Source of the DNA: Phoronis australis
Lineage: Eukaryota; Animalia; Phoronida
Reading direction: 5' to 3'
NCBI GenBank assembly: GCA_002633005.1
Contig: NMRA01000209.1
Location: 256,569-320,568 of the forward strand
Length of the DNA: 64,000 nucleotides
The stretch's first letter is position 1. Every line of letters starts with the position of its first letter. This document shows, piece by piece, positions 1 to 11,729 of the stretch. Below the pieces are notes generated by a model that worked only from the letters and a program-made list of their open reading frames with translations, had not been told where the DNA came from and ran no database searches. The position numbers were made by a program, and so were the translations under genes.

Positions 1-1290
1 TTGCTCAAAAAATACAAATGCTGCCTTTTCAATTCATGATTTAAACCCCTGCAATTTAACGATACTAAGTTTAAGCTAACCATTGTCATCAATTGGGAAA
101 TCACAAAACCTATAAATAGATAAACCACTACAAAACCTTTCAACAAAAAATAAATGAACCGTGGTGACGAAAATATAGAAATCATGCACTTCGACACACC
201 TATGAAAAAACAAAAATATATACAAAAAAAAGAATTCAAGTCCACCTCGTTCTGTCCGTCTTCGCCTTCTGGCTAGCCACTTGTAGTCGCAAACTAAATA
301 TCTTCCATACCCTTGATCACCTTTTATAGTTCCGTTTGTCAACTGTACATAGATCCTGCCATCGCTGGACCAGCTACCTTTGACTTTATCATTCTTGAAT
401 GCAGACTTGAGTAAGTTGTAGTTTAGCGATGTTACATGTACATGTAGGTCTTCTAAAATATAATGGCCCGTATCTTTTAGAACCTTCTTCAGTTTAAACA
501 CCTTTTCTCTAGTTTGATAAGAAATAAATTTCACAGTAATTGGTCTCGGAGTTGTTGATTGGACAGAGTGTCTTGAAACTCTACCTGTTGTTTTGAGTTT
601 CCCAATTCGATGCGCACGGCCAGTCTCTGCATGTTTAACTTTTACGTTAAGAGATTTTTCCAAAAACTCTATCACTGTTTGAATACATACTTCATATTCC
701 TCTTCTTTCAAACCATAGATGCGTAGACTATTCCTTCTTGAATACTGCTCAAGAGAATTCGCCTTTTCCTTCAAGACCTCATTTTCCCTTTTAAGCTTGA
801 CCAGTTCTTCATTCAACTTCAAAACCTGCTACTTGATTATAAGTTTCACAGATTTTGCAATCCTGTCATCGAGTGTAGCAAATCTTTCCTCTAATTGTTG
901 TGCATCCATCTTGACCAGTGTAACACACAGAAAGGGTTATTTACACTGAGTGACAAACCTAGACTTCTTTCAGTCATCCATGGTGGTTTTGAATGGTGAC
1001 CTTTTACCACCAACAGCAGGGGTCTAGGTCAGATGGCAGTAATGTTGGTTAGTGAGTTGCCACTGAACACAGCTATATTAGTCATAGGAGGAAAGCCCCA
1101 CTACAAACAGCAAACTTTCTCTATCTTGTGAAAGTATTCTAAAACCTCAAAACAAGTTCATCAAAGTCTCTGACACAAATTTCACCTCTCTGCAATTTTC
1201 TGCCTGCTCCTGTACGTTCGTTTGTAAAATATTTGATGTACTGTTGAGAGCAATTTTACACACCACTTTATAAGCTGCAGCAGCACCCCC
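1..1290 (-). mobile_element. 5' part of a decayed L1/Tx1-clade LINE (ORF1 plus start of ORF2 endonuclease), antisense within an SVEP1 intron
   Basis: ORF 76..822 has a coiled coil followed by EQYSRRNSLRIYGL, RAHRIGK, PRPITVKF and ILEDL(HVHV)T, typical of Transposase_22/L1-type ORF1p. An ATG at 83-81 starts MVSLNLVSLNCRG, then after a frameshift LNHELKR, like the APE endonuclease N-terminus. The 5' boundary is approximate. Confidence 0.8.
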
Positions 1291-1898
1291 TTTCCAAGTG
1301 TTAAAGTCAGTTGGAAGTTAAGACAAATCTTAGACTTAAATAAAAAGATAACTTAAATCAGTTTCTTGGAACAGACCCGTGGTCTGTTGTACAGACAAAT
1401 CGGTGCTTGAAATCCATGTTCAGAAAATGTGAATCCTAGAAATTGTGGTTGCCCCTTTTCGGAGTACATTTTCTACTGTCGATGACTTTTGTTTACGATA
1501 CTGTCCTGTATCTATACAGTATGAATAACACCGGTTAAATCGGCCAGATATGTGTTTATTGTACATGCACGCGTTTCAAGAATGCGGGTATTAAACATCA
1601 CTGCAGGAACGAAATAGTTGCTGCGACGCCACTTGCATGAAAATGCTAAAAATCGTTCACAGTCCGCCATTTTTTCACGGTGTTGTAAAGCTAACCAATG
1701 ACAGCTAAGGTTACCTACCTGCCCCTACACCCCACTACAGCACTGACGGTCAGTGTACAGCGAAAGTTTTGCGTTTTTTGTACTGAACGCGCCAATATTG
1801 CTAGAGCATGCGATGTTTGGAACAATCGGTAGATGAATCTTCACGAAGGGTAGAAATGAGTTGTTACTGTGTTGATAATACCTTTTGTGTTGTTGCAG

Positions 1899-2060
1899 AT
1901 GAGTGTACACGAGGCTTTGTGTCCAGAACTGGTTTGGAGCCATGCTTCCCGTGTCCAAGGGGGTATTTTCAAGATGAGCTTCGCCAAAGTTTTTGTATCC
2001 AGTGTCCGCGCAATTTACCTACTAACATAACTGGATCAATGTCTATGAACGATTGTATAG
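1899..2060 (+). CDS. SVEP1: SVEP1-like exon: ephrin-receptor-like (GCC2/GCC3) Cys repeat
   Basis: ttgcag| ... |gtaaat, 162 nt, phase 1-1; ECTRGFVSRTGLEPCFPCPRGYFQDELRQSFCIQCP. Confidence 0.9.
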
Positions 2061-2659
2061 GTAAATTGAATTTTACACGAAAATTGTGATTTAATACGAT
2101 TTTACCCCTCTTTGATTGTTTAAACAGTTTAATCATAATACAGCATACCCCGTATAACTGGACAAAATAATTACTACTGAATACACGGTCGTACATGTAA
2201 CTAAGAGCAGACCTTGATCGTTTTCACAACCATTATCAACTCAACAGTTTTGTTTTTCCACTTACTTTTAAAATTTACTAATTATAATGGACAAAATGCT
2301 GTTCTCACGGTAAAAAATGCGGGAGGCAACCAAAACCATAACTGATACAGCTCTGACAAATCATCATTATACATACGTACTTCATACAGACAGATGTCTG
2401 CGTGAAGTTAGAAAATGAAAATTGGCCAAGTACGTTGTACATGTACGCTAGTGTTCAGAGTATTTTTTGCACATGTGTTTGACAAAGAATGAAGTGTTGG
2501 TCAACAATCCCATTTATTTAAGGAGAAAACGGTGTAAAATAAAAGACAAATTATGGCGTGCAGCTACTGCTAAAACAAAAGGAATCCACCGAAATGCGAG
2601 GTTAACTGCACCACGAGACAGATTGTTGGAAGGACCCTATGTGTTGTTGATGTTTTTAG

Positions 2660-2809
2660 GGATCACTGACCATGAAATAGCAACCTACACGAAATCTGAC
2701 GACGAGAGGCTTCCTGTGAATGACTGTTTCACCGAACCATGTGTTAATCGTGCCACCTGTTCAAGTGATGGTGTCGGTTTTGTCTGCACTTGCGCACCAG
2801 GTTACACAG
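2660..2809 (+). CDS. SVEP1: SVEP1-like exon: linker plus EGF 1
   Basis: ttttag| ... |gtcgga, 150 nt; NDCFTEPCVNRATCSSDGVGFVCTCAPGYT. Confidence 0.88.
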
Positions 2810-3550
2810 GTCGGAAAGTATTTTCTCTTCTTGATCTTTGTAACGAATTGAACGATAAAGAAATTGTACGGAATCCGTGGAGCGTGCATGGCGTTGGTGA
2901 AGATTGGCAACTACAACGTTTATTATTTATTATGTGACAGTGAACGACTGCGTGCACATGTACTTCCACTGATTTTAATTTGCACCGACATTTTCCCACT
3001 CATTCCATTGCCAACAGGCAAATTCAATTTCATTTTGGCTTCTGCATTAAAAAGCTACACGACAGGATTTTGATAATTGGAAATAATAATTGAACTGTTG
3101 TATTTGGTCGTTTGAAAATGCTGCCCTGAGAAATAGCCGGCCTCCCTATGAAAGGTCTTGAGAATCCCAGAGCTGCTAGTACTTGTAATTAAAGAGAGCC
3201 TTTTCACAGACTCCGTTGTAGCCTATTGACGTATGCATAAAACACTCCTCACTAAATCACTTGAACCTTTGTAGCAAAATAGTGCTCTTATAACACTCTT
3301 CAGCCCTCAACGATTAAGCTAACACATTTCTTGCCCACATGTAGTCTCCTAAACGGGCGAGCGTGACTGACGATACAAGCGAGGTTGTCGGCGGCTGTGG
3401 GTTAAATTTGTTCGAACTGCGTGATCCTTTACTTTGTGTAACAACGAGTTTCGTTTAGTAGCTTTCGTCTCTCAGTTATTGTAGTAAAGCTGCCCTAGCG
3501 CGTGGCGGGAGTCAGTTCTGGATAAGTTTTTGCAAAAAAATAAAATATGA

Positions 3551-3904
<354 letters not shown>

Positions 3905-5148
3905 TAAAGTTATCTCACTAGTGAGATAACGATTTGGCGGGAAACCGCGGACGGAGTCTAAGCCGGAACCCTGGAATTGCTGGTCGCCGACTTTAACACT
4001 ACACCACGCAGGGACTGACGTCATCAAGAGTGAAAATAGAATACTTAAATGAGCACGCGCAATAATCCCATGTTCAACAAACCGCATTGTACTGTACTTA
4101 TACGCTACGAAAACTAAGACACATAATTTCCATAAAAATGATATCTTAATTCAGTGAAATTTTTCTCTCATGTCCTCTTACTTGTAAATTACCGATCTCC
4201 AGTGTGAATGCGGGTATCGTGTCGTCAGGATCTTTGACTTGAGAATTATATTCAGTTACCAGGGGTAATCTACTTTAGCAGAAGATAATTTCCCGGTCGA
4301 AGCTTAGCGTGAAAAAAAAACGTGTTTTAAGCTACAATAGTTGGTAAACCTTAATTTATAAATTCTATTTATTTCTATTTTATTTAAGTTTTCAATTGGT
4401 TTTGAGTAAAATCATTATTTGACAAAAATAGCCCGGCTTTTCTTAAAAGGTCACGACCTCCGACCCCAGGCCTTTGACATAGAAAGTAGTTACAAAGCCG
4501 TGGAGAGTCAGAAAAAGGTAAATCGTATATGTAATATATACTACATGTACACAAGACCACAGGCTCAAAGTACAAAGTTACAAATAGTCACACTTCAATG
4601 CTGAATACATAATTTTTAAAGTGTAAACATGTGGATCACTAAGCAAGTTGATGAACCTATGCAGAGTGGGGGAATTCCAAGAATGACGACCAAAACAAAT
4701 ATTTTTAATGTCTGAGTAAGCCTGACACACTTCATTAAAATGACATTTTATTTAATGTTATTGGCATTGTGTGAATTCAAATTCTTTCATTGCATTCAAT
4801 TCCCATGTGGCGACCAGTTGCTACAAAAAGACAGTGGTTTGTACAACGAAATTTGTTTACAACACACTGGATTCTAGACGTACAGCTACAGATCAAAACT
4901 TCAATTCAGAAATTGATGAGCGACACCAAATTCAACAGGAACGCTGGTCAGGAACACGTGCGTTTTGTCAAACGAGTGTTTACGTTTGTGTGGATTTAAC
5001 ACAATATTATGTTTTTTGTTTGAAAGTGGTTTTCTGAATATCAGTGAGACACGTGATTTCACGATTCTGACCATTAACAGTTGCTTTACTCAAAATGCGC
5101 AGAGGCCTAAAATGTGCAGTGTTGGTTAACTCACTGGTATATTTACAG

Positions 5149-5262
5149 GTCCAATTTGCGAGACGGAAGTAAACGAGTGCGCATCCTCGCCGTGCATGTA
5201 TCATGGCACGTGTGTTGACATGGTGAATGAGTACAAGTGTATGTGTGTCGACGGATACAAAG
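5149..5262 (+). CDS. SVEP1: SVEP1-like exon: calcium-binding EGF 3 (not in ORF track)
   Basis: ttacag| ... |gttaat, 114 nt; PICETEVNECASSPCMYHGTCVDMVNEYKCMCVDGYK. Confidence 0.92.
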
Positions 5263-5690
5263 GTTAATAGCTTATTCGAATATTCACAATCCTCTTTTAC
5301 GATTTGAATCAGGAGCTTATCAGAATTCCAAGGCATCCGATTAAATTACAGTTGCTTAAAAACAAAATCTTGCCAAGGAAGAAGTCAAAGTAATCGCAAA
5401 AATGGAAAAATGCAAGAACGTGAAATGAGAGGAAGTTGATTATGAGTTGGATTTTTTTTCAAAATTCAACGCTTTCTGACGAAAACAGGTTTTGTGTTTC
5501 TAGCCTTCTAAGGTGAAACAAAGTAAACTACCAGAACGCCTGTGTATTGTTACTACTGAAGTCGTAATTTCTCAATTCTGTGGCATGTATGTATCCTATG
5601 AGTTGTACTGATCGAGTTAATGACTCGATATCATATCATGTTGAATCGTACTATTATCCCATTATCATGACATCGTCTTCATGAAGACAG

Positions 5691-5892
5691 GTGTCAATTG
5701 CGAATGGGACGTCGACGAATGCCGCGTGGATCCCTGTCTCAACGGTGCCACGTGTGAGGATCTGATTGGTCGGTTCAACTGCGTCTGCGCGCCAGGATTT
5801 TCCGGAACTCGCTGTGAAGAAAACATCAACGAATGCGGAAGTAGTCCATGCTTGAATGAAGGCACTTGTGTTGACGGAGTTAACTTGTACAG
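5691..5892 (+). CDS. SVEP1: SVEP1-like exon: EGF 4 and first part of EGF 5
   Basis: gacag| ... |gtacgt, 202 nt, phase 1-2; [16 protein letters not shown]...[16 protein letters not shown]. Confidence 0.9.
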
Positions 5893-6272
5893 GTACGTGA
5901 ATTAAGTGGTGTTTAAGAACATGGCTTAGCAACAATCACACCAACGATACCAATTTCTGGTAGGAGAAGTGAAATCTTTTGTCACAGATAAGCCGTCACA
6001 ATGGCCTTTGTGTTCACACTGAACATACCAATTGCTATTTGATTGAGAAATAAAACAGGGTGCGTTATCACTTACTGATTACGTAACACCGTTACTGAGC
6101 TATAACAACTGATAATCACATTCTGGTGACTTTTTCTCGAAAATCTTTCTCAATATGCAAGACACTGCATAAGTAGTTTTGGGAACGTTTCTAGTTTGCG
6201 ACCCTACTCTTTTCTCCACCCTTTATGATCTGCAATTGACTCCATAAGTTAACTTACGTTCTTCGTGTACAG

Positions 6273-6430
6273 GTGTGTCTGTGAAGCCGGATATAGTGGT
6301 GTCAACTGTGAAGAAGACATCAACGAGTGCGCTAGCAATCCGTGTTTAAATGGCGCTACGTGTGAGGACGGGGTCAATATGTATCGCTGCAAATGTGCCC
6401 CAGCCTTCACAGGACAACACTGTGAGACGG
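6273..6430 (+). CDS. SVEP1: SVEP1-like exon: end of EGF 5 and EGF 6 (not in ORF track)
   Basis: gtacag| ... |gtcagt, 158 nt, phase 2-1; [52 protein letters not shown]. Confidence 0.92.
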
Positions 6431-7124
6431 GTCAGTGACCGGTTTGTTCTTGTTCAGTTTTTCCCTTAATCTTTTCACCTCTACTCGTTCGGAGAAATCT
6501 GGGTAGTTTCAGTCGTAGCAGACTCATGTTATCCCTCGGAGCATTCGAACACCTTGGGTATTTTACAGTAGTTTTCTAAGTAAACTAGATAGACTTCGAC
6601 ATAAATCTGTCAAGTCTTTGATAACCCAATTCTTGCCAGAATAATAGGCGAAAAAACGGATGCTTAGTCTTAATTTTATACGTCGAAGCTGTGGCGAAAT
6701 CCGACATTTTCCAGTTTTATTTGAGGCTACTGTGAGTCATGTGACTGTGATTGTGTGAGTAAAGTTCCTGCATGCGCAAAACGTTGACGTTCACTTTCGA
6801 GGGAAATTCCAGGCTACGAAAATAGTAGACATTTTTGGACACCAAAATTACCTGAGTTGTTCCGAATGCTCTAGGAGGTGTTTCATATCTCTGTGCATTT
6901 GTGAACTACAATCATAGCAGAATAGTGCTTTGATGAGATCTTTTGATTGCCTTTACGTTACAAGGAAATTCAACACAAGGAACAAGCTAAACATTTTTTT
7001 TCGATAAATGACATTTTGGTTGCTCCATTTTTAGTTGCGATGTTGTGACTAACTCTGACACATCTTCTATCTTCATTTTTGAAGCGTATATTAATTAAGC
7101 ATATCTTCTATCTTCTATTTCTAG

Positions 7125-7323
7125 AGCTTGATCCCTACTTCTACTTGTCTTTTCGCACTTCCGGCTCTATGGATCACGTGTCCCTGGAGGACATGCCTAC
7201 GCTGAGTACCATCACTGTCGCCTTTTGGATGAGATCTAGCGACAGGCAAAACTATGGCACACCGATCTCGTACGCCTCAAGTGACTTTGGTGACAACGCC
7301 TTCACCATAACCGACTACAATGG
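7125..7323 (+). CDS. SVEP1: SVEP1-like exon: pentraxin part 1
   Basis: ttctag| ... |gtaaga, 199 nt; ITVAFWMRSSDRQNYGTPISYA...TITDYNG. Confidence 0.92.
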
Positions 7324-7820
7324 GTAAGATGTGTACACGGACACAGTTGTCATAATTCTGGGGTAATCTTTAATTCTGTATTGGCGTCCGCACCTATTTC
7401 GATAAAGGACACACATCTTTAACATGATTGTGCTGTATACAGACGAAGTATTCTATCACAAGTTTCGCGAAGAGCCAATTGGCTTTTGTCTTTTGATTTT
7501 CTGCTAAAATCAAGTTGCGTATGGCTTAGACTGTTTCACAAAAGTCAGGCTCAGACTGAACCGAGTAATAACATCTGACTGCAGTAGATCCTGCACTGTC
7601 GGTTTGCAAACGCCAAGCTGAATGTATTTCGCTGGTTGTGATTTCAAAAGCTGCATTTCACAGCGCCTGGAGATTTCTTTTGTTTGGTGATTAGGCAATG
7701 GAGATGAATACGACTTCAAAAAGGAACGGGTACTTGGCCTCGTTATTTGCCGGTGGGATCATACATATAACATTATCTAATTTGAATGTTCTCTAAAAAC
7801 GCCATACCTTTACCTGTTAG

Positions 7821-7993
7821 GTTTGTCATCTACGTAAACGGCGACAAGGTTATAACTGATGTAACCACTAACGACGGACTGTGGCATCACGTGTGTGTCA
7901 CGTGGTCCAGCACGGGAGGGTTCTGGCAAATTTACAGGGACGGAGTCCTCAGCGGACAAGGCTTCAATCTCGCAGCGGATACCGTCATTCCAG
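7821..7993 (+). CDS. SVEP1: SVEP1-like exon: pentraxin part 2
   Basis: gttag| ... |gttggc, 173 nt; NDGLWHHVCVTWSSTGGFWQIYRDG (pentraxin HxCxTW signature). Confidence 0.92.
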
Positions 7994-8535
7994 GTTGGCA
8001 TTATTACATCTCCGATGATTAAAGATGTTGCGAACGCTTCTTGGACAATGTCACTATTTCTTTGAGATCTCTCGCTTCTGAACAGTAGCAAAAATTAAAT
8101 GTTTTAACGGAAAAGCCGTGTCCTGAAATATGTCAGGTATACAGCATATTGTTTTCCATCGTAATATTTTGGTCGAAGTGGAACTCATAGATTTTATTTT
8201 TCACTTTATAAACCATTTCGTTATTAAATCTTATCCAAGAAATTTGCCACTTTGACCTGAAGAAGCATCGCTCAATATAGCTTTACATACATGTACATGT
8301 AAACATTTTCCTACAAATCTGCCAACATCTGACAACATTCACCAAATCTTTGATTTACAATTTTCGAATAAACGATCCCACTCTTGACGCTGAAATTTCT
8401 CTTAGTAAGATAATCAACTGTGATATTTTTTCATTCCATTAGTAACTGCTTGACTTTTATATGTACATCATGTACTCAGCTTGTTGTTTCAGTTGTACAA
8501 CTGTTTGCTTCTCATCTCTTTGTTTTGCTGGTCAG

Positions 8536-8689
8536 GTGGAGGGATATTGATACTAGGGCAAGAACAGGACTCGCTGGGTGGAGGGTTCAACGCAGCCGAG
8601 TCCTTTGTCGGCAATATCACTTTATTAAATATCTGGAACGGAGTGTTGTCGCTTCCTCAAGTGGAACGTTTGGTTTCTACCTGCGCTAC
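8536..8689 (+). CDS. SVEP1: SVEP1-like exon: pentraxin part 3
   Basis: gtcag| ... |gtaagt, 154 nt; [25 protein letters not shown]. Confidence 0.93.
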
Positions 8690-8963
8690 GTAAGTGCCGT
8701 GTTTGCAGGTTACCTATTAGCGAAAGGTCGTTCTAGATTGCGGAAGTCGGTTTTTATTTATTTGAACTGCGCTTGCTCATTTTCAATAATTGTTTCCACT
8801 ATGAGGACATACAAAATCACAGACAATTCGGATGTCGTATTATTTTTAAACACGAAGCCTACATGTAGTTGCTGTACGTTTAGTAACCTTAATTTGGACA
8901 AATGCTTTAATCCGGAGCTTTGGCGTCTTTATTGATAAAATGAGATAAAACGCAATGTTTCAG

Positions 8964-9049
8964 GTACAAGGGTAACGTCAAGGCCTGGCCTGACTTCCTC
9001 TCGGGGATGAAAGGACGTGTTCAGAGACTAGATTCTGAATTCTGTAAAG
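8964..9049 (+). CDS. SVEP1: SVEP1-like exon: pentraxin end (not in ORF track)
   Basis: tttcag| ... |gtacag, 86 nt, phase 2-1; YKGNVKAWPDFLSGMKGRVQRLDSEFCK. Confidence 0.9.
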
Positions 9050-9535
9050 GTACAGTTTTATAAATAATCTCACTTTCGTTTTGATGAATTATAGAGGTAA
9101 ATGATTACTGGAAGAAGAAAGAATGAAAACGATTTCTTAAAGCTGGATTCGAGTACTGACTGATTTGAAGAGAAGCGATTGGAATAAGAAAATCCATCAA
9201 ACCAAACACGCTTCACAAACTCATGTGGGGCTCCTCGTTTTTTCATGGCATCAAAATTTCCCTCGTCGATGTTTCATATCTGCTTGGGTGCGGACTTCAC
9301 TCATACGGCCGTAAGACACTTGACTTTCAAACTGTATAATGACTGGTCGTGTGACTGAAGTTTGCACATGCGCATATATCAGACCTTAGAAAGGAAATTT
9401 GAGGCAAAGGAAAATACCCGGATGAGTCGCGACTTTGTTATCAAAAAATTCCTTTTACCAAAGTAGCACAAGTTGATGCCTTCATGCAGTTGATAAAATC
9501 AGTTTTCTTCATTCGGACTATTTATCATTTTCCAG

Positions 9536-9703
9536 AATGTCCCGAGCCGAGATATTTTGCCAACGGTGCTACATCGTGGACCTCGACAAGTTTGGGCTCA
9601 GTTGTCGAGTACAGGTGCCATGTTGGATATGAATTGCAAGGTCCCAAGAAGAGAATTTGTCGACCCTATTCTGAATGGAGTTTATTTGAACCCAGATGCC
9701 AAA
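9536..9703 (+). CDS. SVEP1: SVEP1-like exon: Sushi/CCP domain
   Basis: ttccag| ... |gtatgt, 168 nt; CPEP...VEYRCHVGYELQGPKKRICRPYSEWSLFEPRC. Confidence 0.92.
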
Positions 9704-10308
9704 GTATGTTCTTGAATAAAAGCCAACAAACGATTATCGATCTCATCCAAACAAATTTATTGGAGTGGACACAGTTTTAACAAAAAAGTAAACATAGTCA
9801 TGTACATATAGTTCAGGAACGCTTGATCAATGTAAAACTTTTGCGAAATCAACGAATAAAAATAGAGTTATACAAAATGTTGGGTTTTCACGTTTAACGT
9901 TTTCAGATTTTAAATTTGTTACAAACCCACGGTTTTATATAACACTTAATATTTGATTTAGGCCACGCACCACTGTAAAACTGGTCTCGACCGGTTCCTT
10001 ATTTATAGGTGTAATGTTTTCTTGGCTTGGAAATATATATCTGCCCCTCAGTGCTTGAGACCAGGCTCAATAACTTAGTTTGACATGGGTGATCACTTTA
10101 TATGCCGACCATGGTCTCATCAACCACAAAATATCTACGAATTCCTCCCAACGCCAAAATCGTCTGTAAATTTGTGTAAGGAATAAATCGACCTCACTTT
10201 AAAAACGAACATGAAATTATGCCACAACTTAATGTAACTGCTTGAAGTTACATTCTTCAACAGGAGGCGTTAAATGTGTTCTTACACTTTAAACTATTGC
10301 TATTTTAG

Positions 10309-10482
10309 GGATAGTCTGCGGGTTAACACCCCGGGTTACGAACGGACATTTGGAGGGGACATCTACTGCGTTCGGTGGTGTTATGAATCTTGTCTGCCGT
10401 TTCGACCATCGTCTGGTTGGTAACAGTACCATCATCTGCAATGCTGCTGGTCGATGGGAAGGAACGCTCGGTGTTTGTGAAA
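10309..10482 (+). CDS. SVEP1: SVEP1-like exon: Sushi/CCP domain (not in ORF track)
   Basis: ttttag| ... |gtacgt, 174 nt; IVCGLTPRVTNGHLEG...LVCRFDHRLVGNSTIICNAAGRWEGTLGVCE. Confidence 0.9.
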
Positions 10483-11729
10483 GTACGTATGCGTGCAACC
10501 CTGGAATTCACCCAGAGAGCTAAGTTACAGTGCGCTAGCTAAGGAAAGCGTATTACGCTTTTATCCCGGCGATATCTCACGAGGACTTGTGCGATATTAC
10601 CAAACTCACAAATAATATTGTGGAAGGCAACCCTGCTCAGTTGGTACTTGTTTTCAGTCATGTTCAGATTCAGCCCGCTTCAAACCAGTTAGGGCCTGCA
10701 ATACATGTATGTCAGCTCAACTTGTTCAATGCATTGACACCATGTATAAAAGGTCGTGCCACAATGTGAACTACTTAGTGGACCTAAGCTTGTGAGTCGA
10801 ACCAAAATGATGGAAAATTATTTTATCCAAGTTCGTTCGATGGTGTGCAACGTTGGCAGGACTCTTCGTTTGGGACGCACGTGTAGCATATAGTTTCCAA
10901 AGAAACTGAGTTCAATTGGTGACGTATATTCCATGGCTTTTTGCTCATTCATTATTCTCAGTTAACGACTGTCTTCCCTTGCTATTTCATTGACGCAGCT
11001 AAAGTGTACTATATTGGTAAGAAACGTGTTTGGCTGTCTTAGCAGGAACTACGTGCGAGGGTGAAAGCGAGATACACATGTACATGTACTGTTGTAAGGT
11101 GTAGATTTGGATAAGCTAATAATTAAAGTGATTCGAGTTTGGAGCTCTGAGGAAACTTGACACGCTTGTAACCACTTACCCCAGCTTATCGAGGTGGGGT
11201 AACTTGTACTAGGATAACTTGCCCTAGTGCTAGTCATACCGTGGGCAGAACTTGCATACAAGGTGGAAGTAATTACCAGCTGCAGGACAGCTCACTTGAA
11301 TACATTCACGTGTCTGGTCGTTTTTCCTTCAGTTATATTGTTTGTAGTGTGGACGCTCAGCTGACGGTCAAGTTGTTCTGGGGTAACTCGTAATGTGACT
11401 AAGACTAGCTAACCCTGCCTCTCCTTCATGGCAGTGAAGGGTAATACACTGTTCAAAATTGGATTCGGCAGACGCAATAATCTCGTGAATGAAGCTACTG
11501 TGATGACCATTTGCTTCCTGTGTAATATATGGAGATATCTCGCAAAGCGCTACGTGATCACAAGTTTCTCCCTCTACTGAACCTCGTGTACCTTCGAAAA
11601 TTACCCATATACGTTAATCCCTTCGTTTCATTTTCTCAAACATGACCCATGGAAGAAAATCACTTCTTTAGAATGATGTCACGCGCCAAGAGACACTATA
11701 ATAATTCCTGTTTTTGTTTTTATTTTCAG

